64,000 bases of DNA from Phoronis australis (Eukaryota; Animalia; Phoronida), in contig NMRA01000042.1 of the NCBI GenBank assembly GCA_002633005.1, positions 638,858 through 702,857 of the forward strand. The letters run 5' to 3'. Both the position numbers and the translations under genes were made by a program. Below, piece by piece: positions 53,674 to 64,000 of this stretch (position 1 is its first letter; each line of letters opens with the position of its first letter). The notes below the pieces were generated by a model, which saw nothing but the letters and a program-made list of their open reading frames with translations, searched no databases and was not told the DNA's origin.

Positions 53674-56175
53674 CTAGTTACAATGTGTACTCCTTATTGT
53701 GTCTGGAAGTTTCTGCCAGAAAAGATTTTGTCCAACTTCGTCACCTGTCCACTCAATGTAGGTTCTCTTACGTACCAAATGTCTCAGAATTGGAGTCATA
53801 AACTTAGGAGGAACATCTTCCATCATTATAATAATGATATGCTGCTGAGCCTTAATATCATTTTCAAGACAGTTGGCATGAGCCAGACTCAGCTCAAAAT
53901 TACACCAACTGTTCATAGCAAAATTTGTAGTCAGAACAATCAAAACCTTCTGACTGTTTTGAACAGCTTCGTCAATGTTTTCAACCTTAGGTCTTCCAAT
54001 ATCAAAATCTCTATCCTGAAGACAGACCCTAAACCCAAATTCATCTTCCAGTTTTGGACGAAGCGTTTCCAAAACCCAATCCATATCATCTTCACAATAT
54101 GTAACAAAACAGTCATACTGGTAAACAAGGCGCTCATCTTCTCTTGCCAAATTCTTAGCAAAGCGTGATCTGAACAAAAACAGCCAATAGCGTATGTACC
54201 ATCGATAATGATACCCCACTATGACAACTATGGTGACAAGAGCAGCAAATGAACCAATAGTAGTTCCAACAATAAATTGAGTTTCATAACAGTCAATAAA
54301 TATTGGCTTGTAATTCAGTATTTTTGTTCCTTTTAATTTCCTAGGGGTATGACATTGATATTGCATAATTTTAGGGACACTTATATTGACTATAATTTTC
54401 TTCTCAACATTATGAAGCCAGCTAGCATACCACTGAAGATCGCAAGTGCATGCATATGGGTTATTGGTTCCATTAAACAATAGTAGACCTCTTCCAATAA
54501 TGGGTTCTAGTGAAGACTGGTTGAAGTTCTGAATGAGATTGTAAGAAAGGTCAAGTGTCTTAAGATTCTGCAGAGTTGAGAATGCCAGAGCATTTATTGA
54601 GTGCAACCTGTTGCCAGAGAGTAGCAAGAACTCTAAGTTTTTTAAATCTTCAAAAAAGTTGGTTGGTAAACTCTTTAATATGGACTCTCGTAAATCTAAA
54701 TACTTCAAATGAACTAACCCTTTGAACATGCAAGATTTCCTTGGATAGACATGAAGGTGAAGGTCAACTCCTGGCATTACCAGAGAAACAAGTGACATGC
54801 CACGAAAATAACACCTCAACCGGAATAATATACGATTATTTCCTAAATTTAAAGTTTTCAGATTGTCTAGGTGCCCAAAACTATCAGGAAAAACTTGCTT
54901 TATCTTATTTCTCATGAAATTAAGGTACTTCACAGAAGTTAGGTGTAAAAAACAATCACTCATAATACCAGATTCAATGTCATTGTTTACGAAGGAAACC
55001 ATTTCTGTTTTATGAAGACCCTTAAACGAAGATTGTCTTACATGTTTAATAGAATTGTCATCTAAGCGGAGGATTCGTAAATTTGGCACAAGACTAACGC
55101 TTCGGTTGTAATTTGAGTAGAATGCAGGAAAAGAATATAACCTACACTTGCACATTTCAAGAACTTCAAGGAACGTTAATCCCAGCAGCGCATCATAGGC
55201 AACACGAGTTAATGGATTCCCAGTCAAATTCAGTTGTTTTAAATGATTTGTGTAGTTGAAACCATAACTTTCCAATTCCACTATGTTGTTATCAGTCAAA
55301 TCAACATGTCTCAGGTGTGAAAAACCAACAAAAGCATGAGAGATATTTTCAATTTCCATAGATTTTAAAATAAGAGTAGACAAACGTGATTGGCGGAGGG
55401 ACAATATGGCGTGCCTGAAGTCCTTACGGAGCTCATTACCACTAAGTATCACACAATCAAGTCTAGTCAAAGGAGAGAACGCCAAGGAACTTATGACTTT
55501 GATCTTAGAATATGACAGATCTAGTGTTCTCACAGGTGAGTTTCTCAAACCATCAAAAAATGAGTCACTTATAACTCCAATGTTGTTCTGACTCAAATCT
55601 AAATTCCGAAGTTCAGTGAAATTTAAAAATGAAGTCGAAAAGTATGAATCCTTGGTAATTCTGTTCGTTGATAGGTTTAGAGTCTGCAGAGTTACCAATG
55701 GACTGAGCTGTGTAGAAGGTATCCTATCAAGCGATGCCCGGCTCAAGTTTAAAACTTTCACCGATTGCAATCCTTCAAACACCTTGCCACTTTTCAAGAG
55801 CAAGTAGTCGAGATTGTTTGATGACAAGTCAAGAGTTTGCAAGTTAACAAGTCCATTGAAGGCTCCATCATCAATTGCTTGGTTGACACGACAGTAGGCC
55901 AGTGAAAGGTAACGCAACATATGGAGATTTTTGAAGGAGTTCTTCTTGATCTTTTTGATAACATTGTATCTAAGTGTAAGGTATAGAGTGTCTGAAGGAA
56001 TGTCTTTTGGTACATCTAGAAGTTTATCACGGCTATGTTTTTTTGCATCGCAGTTCACAGTCTGGTTTTGAGAGCAGCGGCACTTCTCAGGACAATATTT
56101 CGACTCCACAATACAGACAATCACCAGCCCAATCACCAAAAATGAGAACACCACTTCTGCAAACGTCTTGGTCAT
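53674..56175 (-). CDS. Toll-like receptor D (intronless, 833 aa)
   Basis: ATG at 56175, signal peptide, CPEKCRC LRRNT, LRRs, LRRCT, TM, and TIR with RDFDIG. Confidence 0.95.
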   Translation of the reverse strand: MTKTFAEVVFSFLVIGLVIVCIVESKYCPEKCRCSQNQTVNCDAKKHSRDKLLDVPKDIPSDTLYLTLRYNVIKKIKKNSFKNLHMLRYLSLAYCRVNQAIDDGAFNGLVNLQTLDLSSNNLDYLLLKSGKVFEGLQSVKVLNLSRASLDRIPSTQLSPLVTLQTLNLSTNRITKDSYFSTSFLNFTELRNLDLSQNNIGVISDSFFDGLRNSPVRTLDLSYSKIKVISSLAFSPLTRLDCVILSGNELRKDFRHAILSLRQSRLSTLILKSMEIENISHAFVGFSHLRHVDLTDNNIVELESYGFNYTNHLKQLNLTGNPLTRVAYDALLGLTFLEVLEMCKCRLYSFPAFYSNYNRSVSLVPNLRILRLDDNSIKHVRQSSFKGLHKTEMVSFVNNDIESGIMSDCFLHLTSVKYLNFMRNKIKQVFPDSFGHLDNLKTLNLGNNRILFRLRCYFRGMSLVSLVMPGVDLHLHVYPRKSCMFKGLVHLKYLDLRESILKSLPTNFFEDLKNLEFLLLSGNRLHSINALAFSTLQNLKTLDLSYNLIQNFNQSSLEPIIGRGLLLFNGTNNPYACTCDLQWYASWLHNVEKKIIVNISVPKIMQYQCHTPRKLKGTKILNYKPIFIDCYETQFIVGTTIGSFAALVTIVVIVGYHYRWYIRYWLFLFRSRFAKNLAREDERLVYQYDCFVTYCEDDMDWVLETLRPKLEDEFGFRVCLQDRDFDIGRPKVENIDEAVQNSQKVLIVLTTNFAMNSWCNFELSLAHANCLENDIKAQQHIIIIMMEDVPPKFMTPILRHLVRKRTYIEWTGDEVGQNLFWQKLPDTIRSTHCN

Positions 56176-56874
56176 TCTGGCTCAATGAAACTGTTGGATC
56201 AACACCAGAGATTAACAAGAATCCAACATCAATGACTCTTGACCAACAACCAGAGGAACCAGCAGCATCAAAGCTATACTGTGAACAACAGCTACACACC
56301 TTCCCAGATCACCATCAATGCACTATTGTTGAACAGTGATGTGAAACATAGTCTCATCAAGTGAACAGTCTTGACAAGTCACATGCATCTCAGTCCAGAA
56401 AGGTATAACTTGAACCAGGAAGTATTGCGATTAAAACAATAACCCTGATGACAAAAGGCTAAGACATTAACTGCAAGTGGGTATTCACATTCACTGACTC
56501 AGCTAAGTATCAATCTTAATGGCAGCAATGCCTGGTTATTAGTTTTTCAACGATTTATCACTAGATTTAACATTACGCCTTTTAACAAAAGCTGAAACCA
56601 AAACCATTAAGATTACGCATAAAACACCTGTCTTGTTATCAGCATTCACCTGAACAGTTTCTAACAACACTATTTTTCAGTTTCCGTTCTCAGCCCAGTA
56701 ACGAAACATACAAAAGGTGATGATAATGAGTAATATGCATGTATTTGGAACACTCCCATTGGGACACATTAATTTTTTATAGGTCCTTTGAATTGACCCA
56801 AATAATGCATGTTGTTTGGGTCACATGAAACCCTATTCACATTTTGCTATAACTATGCCTGACATGGCAAGTAT

Positions 56875-59800
56875 ACGGTGCTTTCTCTATTAGAGTACGA
56901 ACTATTTTTTTCTTCAGAGCTTTGTGTACGAATTAATTGAGACAAAATTGTCCGTAGGAACTATTAGAGAAGAAAGTCGAGTGTTCAAATTATTAGAGAT
57001 AAAGACAGATGAACGAGTGCAACGGCGTCCTCCGAGATGGTGGTTTGGCCATGTGAATTATAACAAAGTAACAAATTATTTTCCCGGGTGATGGATTTAC
57101 TTCAAAATATAATACTTGAACTCTTTGTCACTTTTATTTTCTTCCCATGTTCACAAACTTCAGGAACCACGCCGCCTTCGGGACCTCTGCTTTCTTCGAT
57201 GTCGTCTGCCGCACTCATTTTCCGACTGCAGTGCATTAGATAAAACATGTATTCGAAAAAATCAGGCCACAGAAATGTGACAGTGTCTTTGCCAACACTC
57301 CCAATTCAATTTAGAAGGGAAGCTCTCAGATTTTTCATGGAAAGGTGTCAAATTCTCCCTATTTTGATGAAATTCCCCCGACTTAGTTTTCTGGAAATGT
57401 ATTTTGCCGGGTTACCAAGAATACCGTGGCGACAGAAAGGACAGTGTGCCTCGCAGGGTTAATTTGCTGCCTACGTTACTGGGTATTTGTGTATGATCTT
57501 GAAATAATAAAAAATTGCCAGCCAAGTTTTGTTTTTCACCTATAGTCAATCAAGTTGGCGTTAGCAGATTTTACCAATGTCACTGGCACTTCTTGTTGTG
57601 TGCCCTGGTGCTCAATTGAAATTTCTCAAAACTAAGCTTAGTAGAGCAGTAGGCGCTTAATTATCATATTTCCTAAAAAATCAAAGGTGTTATAGACGAA
57701 TACTGTACGTGAATGTTTGCCGTAATAAGAAACTAAATGACCACAATAGCCAAGAAATGCTATTACGATACAATTTCTTGGGGCAAACTGGTCCGCCTAG
57801 GCCTGTCTGTAGTTTCACCTACCTGTATAGCCACCGGAATAATTTTGTTTCTACACTGGCCAGCTTCAGCCAGAAATTCTTCCCATAGCATCAAGCCTGA
57901 AAATGCACGTGGTCGACTGGCGGTTCTGGGGAATGTTGGGCCCAAGGAAAATCGCAAAGCAACGGGTCTTTTGTAACCCCAGAGGGGCTAAATTCATTGT
58001 CAAGTAAATTAACACCTAGGTCGCTAAAACTTATCTGGTACAGGAGTCGAGCAGGCGTGCATTCAGTAATGCTAGGACCTACGCTACGAATAGCGAAAGT
58101 CACGTGTTCTCATTTAAAATACAAGGCAACATCTCAAGTCAAGAATCTCGTGAAGTCTTGCTTTTTAGAGAGGTCCTGGTTTTACTGAATGGGAGGCAGG
58201 TATACTCTCTCAGTTAGCACTGTCGCTATTCTCGTTTGATGTGCAACTTTGAAGTGGTGCACTTTTATGTTCCCACATTTTAATCGCTGGAGTGCATGTT
58301 ACGTTGATAGCAACACATATGAATGACAGGTGACTCATACATATGGCCGAATGCTCAGCCGCAGAAAGTATAGTAGGGCTGGAGAATTTGTTTGTTGTCT
58401 TGCCATAAAAAAGAGACGCATTTCCAAGTCGTGGTCTGTCGGGACATTGCGCGCAAACAGCGGGATCGACCAGTGCAGCCATGAGATGATATTGTTGAGT
58501 ATAATATAATAGGCTAATCAAGACAGCTTGCATGAAAAATAAATGTTTTTTTCATCACAAATTCGGTAAGTTAGTCACCAGTGAATAGAACAACGCTGTG
58601 GCATTTTTAATTTATCACACATCTGTGCCGTGGTTCGAATTTTCTGCCGGCTCATCCAAAAGTTTGCAAAAGTAGCTGAAAACACCAGCCAATGAAATGC
58701 GTCAAAGATCGGTTCTGAAATATCCAAAGACGTTAACCCGTGTTCACGCAGCATGATTACAACTCAATGAAGAGGGCCGAGTGTTTAACTTGATTTGGAA
58801 AAAACCAAGTAATGGCCAAATTTGCACAAGTGACAGGTATCTACTTGCCGCCATAAGCTAGCCTAGGCTCGCGTTCTTGGGAATTTCCATGTCGCATGTT
58901 GCGACTTGATACGAAATGACCAGTCTCGGCTCGCCTTTCCAAATTTCAGGTCGCGAATGTCTAGCGCCGAGTTGATTACAACCGACACCGAACTAGCGCC
59001 TATTTGCTGAGTAAGCATTGCTGGTTAGGGCTCAAGTCACTGACTTACCGCGGCTACCGATTACCTGAATAATTGGCGATTTGTTTACAAGTTATTTTTA
59101 CCAACAAAGATAAGTGTAGGAACTATTTTCGCTTGACCACCAACTGTACGAAATATTTTTTCCCTAGGACCCCCTCTGTGTGGGTTCTTTAGACTCATCC
59201 CGAGTCAAAAGTCATAAAATATTAAGCAAATACTTGCTGTTGAGTAATGCTCTTGCAGTAACTGTTGATTGACGACTGACTCATGTCTTCTTACCTCCGA
59301 TTCTCATCTTCATTACATAGCGTGTTTCATGCAATGGCAAATGAAGTTATCCGTGCCGGGCATTCGAGATAAGACAGCCGCACTAAACCTTATGTAAACA
59401 ATTCATTGAGTTGCGGAGTCTAGAACATAAGCTTTCCCGACCATAAAAAACACCTGAATTAGTTTTTCAAACATTTGTTTTGTCAAACAACTCATTAATT
59501 GCTCTCTGAACTCAGAACTTTATTGCTAATACGCACATAGTTCTACTCATGTCCCGGGGCCACTGTGGCTTTAAATTTAATCCTTATGATGTAACCTCTG
59601 CAAAACGTGAAGATTGCACGCGCGCACTTCGCCATGTGAGAATAGTTGCAATCCAACTGGAGCACTGAATAGTCATTTGACGACTGTGCACTGCAGTCAA
59701 CGCAATCAGCTCTAAAAAGACTACGGGACGGCACGGTACTGTTACTCCACACTTTTGTAACTTTATTCATGTAGTACTAATCTGAGGGTAACAGAACCTT

Positions 59801-60107
59801 GTCGAGAAAATCCGCTGTTATGACAATTTTACCGCCATTTGGCGACACATTGGAAAATCTTATCGTTATTTCCACATATTTTGCTGTCGCCAAAGATGCC
59901 GACCTAAAAAACGACTTTTCGAGCTCTATGCTAGTGTAGTAAAGCAAATAACGGATTTCCGATCACCTGAATAGAATTGGCGCTTATTGATTTGTGTTCT
60001 TTTATAAGAATGAAAATTTCCATTTTACCGATCCAAAAAGATTGTACGAATTATTTTTTCCGATACAAATATGTGTACGAACTATTTTTCCCTCGGCCGC
60101 CTACTGT
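56875..60107. mobile_element. Degenerate non-autonomous DNA element sharing internal modules with the CCGTA elements, with GTACGAACTATTTT-like repeats
   Basis: 57120-57590 aligns with 41765-42245, 58390-58640 with 42770-43055, and 59170-59850 with 27960-28540. The GTACGAA(C/T)TATT motif recurs at both ends and at ~59115-59160. No clean TIR pair. Confidence 0.6.
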
Positions 60108-60369
60108 ACAAACTGTTGAAGACAAACGGCATGTTTCAAGGGTGCTGTACAACCATAGCATACAATGTTTTTTATTTTACAAAATCTATGTTTTACAAAA
60201 CATATGACACAGAATGATTCCAAAATCAGACATTAAAACACTGCTTGAAGAGAGAACTTGAAAATAGTAAACCCAGGAATTAACATAAACATAGAGCAAA
60301 ATAGTAAGCTACAATGTAAGCACGAATATAACGTATATCAGTGTGAACTTTTTTTACAACAAAGTTACA

Positions 60370-62850
60370 TTAATCACGACAAGTATTTTTAATTGCCTCA
60401 TGCAGTTTTTGCCAGGACAGGTTTTGTCCAAGATCGTCACCTCCCTCCCACTCAACACAGACTACTTTGGGTACTAGATATCTCAAAACTGGAGTCATGA
60501 GATTACGTGGCACCTCTTCCATCTTTAAAATAATAAGGTGTTGTTCAGTTTCGACATCAGTGTTAAGGCAGTTGGCGTGAGCCAGAGTTAGCTCGAAGCT
60601 ACACCAACTGCTCTTTGCAAAGTTTGAAGTCAGAATAATCAAAATCTTCCGACTATTTTCAATAGCATCATTAACACGGCCTACATCAGGGGGCGGGAGG
60701 TAAACTTTGAACCCAAATTCATCTACTAATTTTGGATAGAGTGTCTCCAAAACCCAGGTTTTGTCATCTTCACTGTGTGAAATGAAACAGTCGTACTGGT
60801 AAATGAGGCGCTCAGTTTCACTTTTGAAGCTTCGAGCAAAACGAGAGCGAACTACAAACAACCAGTACCGTATATGCCATCGCCAATAGTACTTGACTAC
60901 AATGCTAAGAATGACAAGAATAGCAAATGCACCAATGGTGGCTCCAACAATGATTGGCATTTTATAGCAATCAAGGACAGTTGGGTGGAAATCTAATAAT
61001 AAGGAACTTGTTAAACTTACAGGGGCAGCGCATTTGTATTGTACATCATGTCTGATTATGACTTCAACTTGCCTACTTTCAACCATTTCACGCAGCCATT
61101 CAGCATACCATTTAAGATCACAGGTACAAGTGTATGGATTGTTGTATGCCTCGAACTTTTGTAATCCCCTGTCAATAAAGGGTTGCAGACAGGATTTGTT
61201 AAGATTAGTAATCTCATTTGAGGAAATGTCCAGTCTTTGAAGATTTCTCATGTTGCGGAAGGCATATGAGTTTATCTCAAATAGTTTATTTCCAGAAAGT
61301 CTCAAATAAACTATGCTTTTTAGGTCTTCAAAGAAATTATTTGGAATACAGTGTAAGTTTGTTGAGTGTAAGTCCAAGTACTTCAAGTTAATCAACCCCT
61401 GGAATAAACAAGAGATTTGAGAACGGGTAAATTTGCTTATATCAACTCTTGGTAATTTCAGAGATGTAAGTGAGGACATGTTAGCAAAATAACACATTGG
61501 TTTGAGAACAAAAGGATTGCTCCCAAGCTTCAACTCAGTAATACATGGCAACTGTGAAAATGTCCTTACTCCAAAGTGCCTTATGAAATTGTTGTTGATG
61601 TATAAGCGCTTAACAGAAACTAAATGAACAAAACTCGAATCTGAAATGTCTGAACCAATGGAATTATGAGAAATGGAAATAAACTCAACATTAAAAAGTC
61701 CACGAAACGATTTTTTGCCAATTTTTTTTATTTGGTTATGATCCAAATGAACTTCACGCAAAAGAGGCATATATGTAAGGTTTATGTTATCTCCATGGTG
61801 AAAATCGGGCAATCTTAGAAGGTTACAGTTCGACATTGAAAGAACTTCAAGCCATTTTAAGCCATAAAACCCCTTGTTACCAACAAAAGATAACAAAAGG
61901 TTTGATCCAAGATATAAGTGTCTTATGCAGTTTTTGAAGTTGAAACCATAATTTTGGAGTTGCACAATTCTATTGTAGGACAAATCCAAATGCTCCAGAT
62001 AAGTTAAACAGGAGAAAGCCTGGGAAATATTACTTATGTTCATTGACTGCAGCTCAAGTGTAGAAAGCTTCAACGGACAGAGTGACACTAAAGCGGCCTT
62101 GATACCCATCTCTATCTTATTTCCACTGAGCACAAGGTGCCTAAGTCTGGACAATTTTTTGAATGCTCGCTCACTAATAGTACTGATTTGAGAATAAGAC
62201 AAATTTAAAAATTCTATAGGAGACTTCCTCAATTTTGCAAAAAATGTGCTTGTCAGGTTCCCAAGCTTGTTGCCACTCAAATCTAGCCACCGAAGTTGTT
62301 GAAAGTCTAAAAATACCGAATCCAAGTCAGCATTACCAATATCATTTCCTGACAGGCTCAGAGTTTGCAAGGAGTTCAAGTGGCGGAGCGCATGAGCTGG
62401 CACTTCTTGCAAGCAAGTTTTGTTCAAATACAAAATCTTCAAGGATACAAGTCCCTGAAAAGTCCTTGTGGAACGACTTGATAGATACTGGAGATTGTTT
62501 CCAGACAAATCTAGAGTCCGTAGATGAGACAATCCATTGAAAGCACCATTCTCAATGTTGTTCGTGACTCGGCAGTAGGCCAAGCAAAGATACTTTAACC
62601 ACTTGAGCTTAACAAATGAGTTGTGCTTGAGTACCTTAATGACATTGTATCTTAGCGATAAATACAATGTATCTATAGGAATGTCCTTGGGTACATCACA
62701 CAGCTTATGTTGACTGCTTGGATAAGCATCACACTGAACGGTTTTATTCTGGTAACAACTGCATTTTTCTGGACACATTGTCGACTCGGTCATACCAGTC
62801 AATAAGACAAAAGTCAGCAATATTATACCAATGACACCGTGCAACTCCAT
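60370..62850 (-). CDS. Toll-like receptor E (intronless, 826 aa) with a BB-loop-deleted TIR
   Basis: ATG at 62850 and an intact open frame. The TIR reads FKVYLPPPDVGRVNDAI where paralog B has FRVCLQDRDFELGKSKVENIDEAI. Confidence 0.93.
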   Translation of the reverse strand: MELHGVIGIILLTFVLLTGMTESTMCPEKCSCYQNKTVQCDAYPSSQHKLCDVPKDIPIDTLYLSLRYNVIKVLKHNSFVKLKWLKYLCLAYCRVTNNIENGAFNGLSHLRTLDLSGNNLQYLSSRSTRTFQGLVSLKILYLNKTCLQEVPAHALRHLNSLQTLSLSGNDIGNADLDSVFLDFQQLRWLDLSGNKLGNLTSTFFAKLRKSPIEFLNLSYSQISTISERAFKKLSRLRHLVLSGNKIEMGIKAALVSLCPLKLSTLELQSMNISNISQAFSCLTYLEHLDLSYNRIVQLQNYGFNFKNCIRHLYLGSNLLLSFVGNKGFYGLKWLEVLSMSNCNLLRLPDFHHGDNINLTYMPLLREVHLDHNQIKKIGKKSFRGLFNVEFISISHNSIGSDISDSSFVHLVSVKRLYINNNFIRHFGVRTFSQLPCITELKLGSNPFVLKPMCYFANMSSLTSLKLPRVDISKFTRSQISCLFQGLINLKYLDLHSTNLHCIPNNFFEDLKSIVYLRLSGNKLFEINSYAFRNMRNLQRLDISSNEITNLNKSCLQPFIDRGLQKFEAYNNPYTCTCDLKWYAEWLREMVESRQVEVIIRHDVQYKCAAPVSLTSSLLLDFHPTVLDCYKMPIIVGATIGAFAILVILSIVVKYYWRWHIRYWLFVVRSRFARSFKSETERLIYQYDCFISHSEDDKTWVLETLYPKLVDEFGFKVYLPPPDVGRVNDAIENSRKILIILTSNFAKSSWCSFELTLAHANCLNTDVETEQHLIILKMEEVPRNLMTPVLRYLVPKVVCVEWEGGDDLGQNLSWQKLHEAIKNTCRD

Positions 62851-64000
62851 GATGATGATTGATAGAATGCCTTACATTCACAATAACACAATCAAATCCA
62901 TTGAAAGGTCCTAGCTCTGAAGTCCTCTTCTTTAACCTGAACAAGACGCTCACAAGCAGATCTTTCAGGAGTTCAGTATGAATTTAGAAACTTTCCAGTT
63001 ATATGCAAATGTTCAGTGCCACTCTGGGAGTCTGTCCACTTCCCCTTGAAATCAAATGCAGAAGTGGTAGATTTATCTAATCAAAACAATACCAAAAACT
63101 TTTCAATTCTGAAACCAAAACTATCATGCCGCAACAGTTTCAAAACCAACACACAATGACACTTGCCTAACCTCAAACTCCAACTGGTGCATGGTGATTT
63201 AGCCCAACTGTGTTGCACACCCATCGGAATTAATGTAAACTTGATATGGCAACATCATTCAAACATTTTAGGTTGTAGAAGTCACTTTTGTAGTCAGATT
63301 TCCAAAATTAATTATGCGTACTTTACACGAACTATTCAAATATTCCATTTAAAAATTTTCAAAATGAAAATTTAAAAATACCACAGCCACCCCAGTGTAT
63401 TAATGATGGGTTTAATTATCTAGAGAATGATAACATCAGCGGCCTGAAGCGATGTAATTGCCTACAACTACATGGTGTCTTTGATCTTCGTGGCAGACTC
63501 TGCGGTAATCTCGACCGAGGGTTGAGGGTGTCAACGTACTCGTCATGCCGTACACAAATGAGTGAGGCCAAAGCTGGTTAGAACTTGAAAAGGCATCTGG
63601 TTCTTATTTGAACAATTTTAGACCAGTAACTGGTCGAAATCGAAACTTGTCAAAAACCATGGATTTATGCTGCTTTAACTTTTAAAATCTTGAACAAGCT
63701 GCTGTCTCTTATACTTTCCAAAAAAATATAAACTTCTATATGAGGCTAACAAGAGCAACGCAGAGCGTTGAAATGCGCCCACAATTGCACCGCAAACGGT
63801 ATCCTTCTAGGGTTGTTTATTGGTACCATAAAGTGGCCAGTAGAGGGCATATATGTATGTTGTACTTAGCAAAATGGAAAGGCGTGAACATTGTCTCCTC
63901 AATAGGCTAGGGGCAAAATGTGAGTAATCTTCATAATACAAGCACATCCTATACATCAGTTGCTTAAAGCACCACAGAAACATAGAATTAAAAACAAATT

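Noticed and set aside
53569-54168. 199-aa antisense ORF and similar ORFs at 36613 and 45612
   Set aside because: Antisense shadows of the TIR coding sequence; their similarity follows from TIR homogenisation.
58879-58888. Perfect kB site GGGAATTTCC
   Set aside because: It lies inside a repeat 2.7 kb from TLR D with no conservation support; a chance occurrence is plausible.

Overview
AT-rich, transposon-dense animal genomic DNA, most likely a marine invertebrate; the taxon cannot be fixed from the sequence. The right half (29.6-62.9 kb) holds a head-to-tail minus-strand array of five intronless, single-cysteine-cluster Toll-like receptor genes (called A-E here, left to right; signal peptide, LRRNT, LRRs, LRRCT, TM, TIR). 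Their ectodomains are divergent. The TM/TIR DNA of copies B, C and D is almost identical, yet the TIR BB loop varies: RDFIPG in A, RDFELG in B and C, RDFDIG in D, and a 7-residue deletion in E. To the left, on the same strand, are five coding exons of a clavesin-like CRAL-TRIO gene (19142-24758). I could not find its first coding exon in the window, so the TLR array may sit inside its intron. The rest is nested or decayed mobile DNA: an IS3EU-type transposase split by two insertions, a Kolobok-like element with a THAP remnant, Tc1/mariner MITEs (one inside a LINE RT), hAT-like MITEs with 5-bp TSDs, minisatellites and a 410-N gap. All family assignments come from motif recognition by eye, not database searches.
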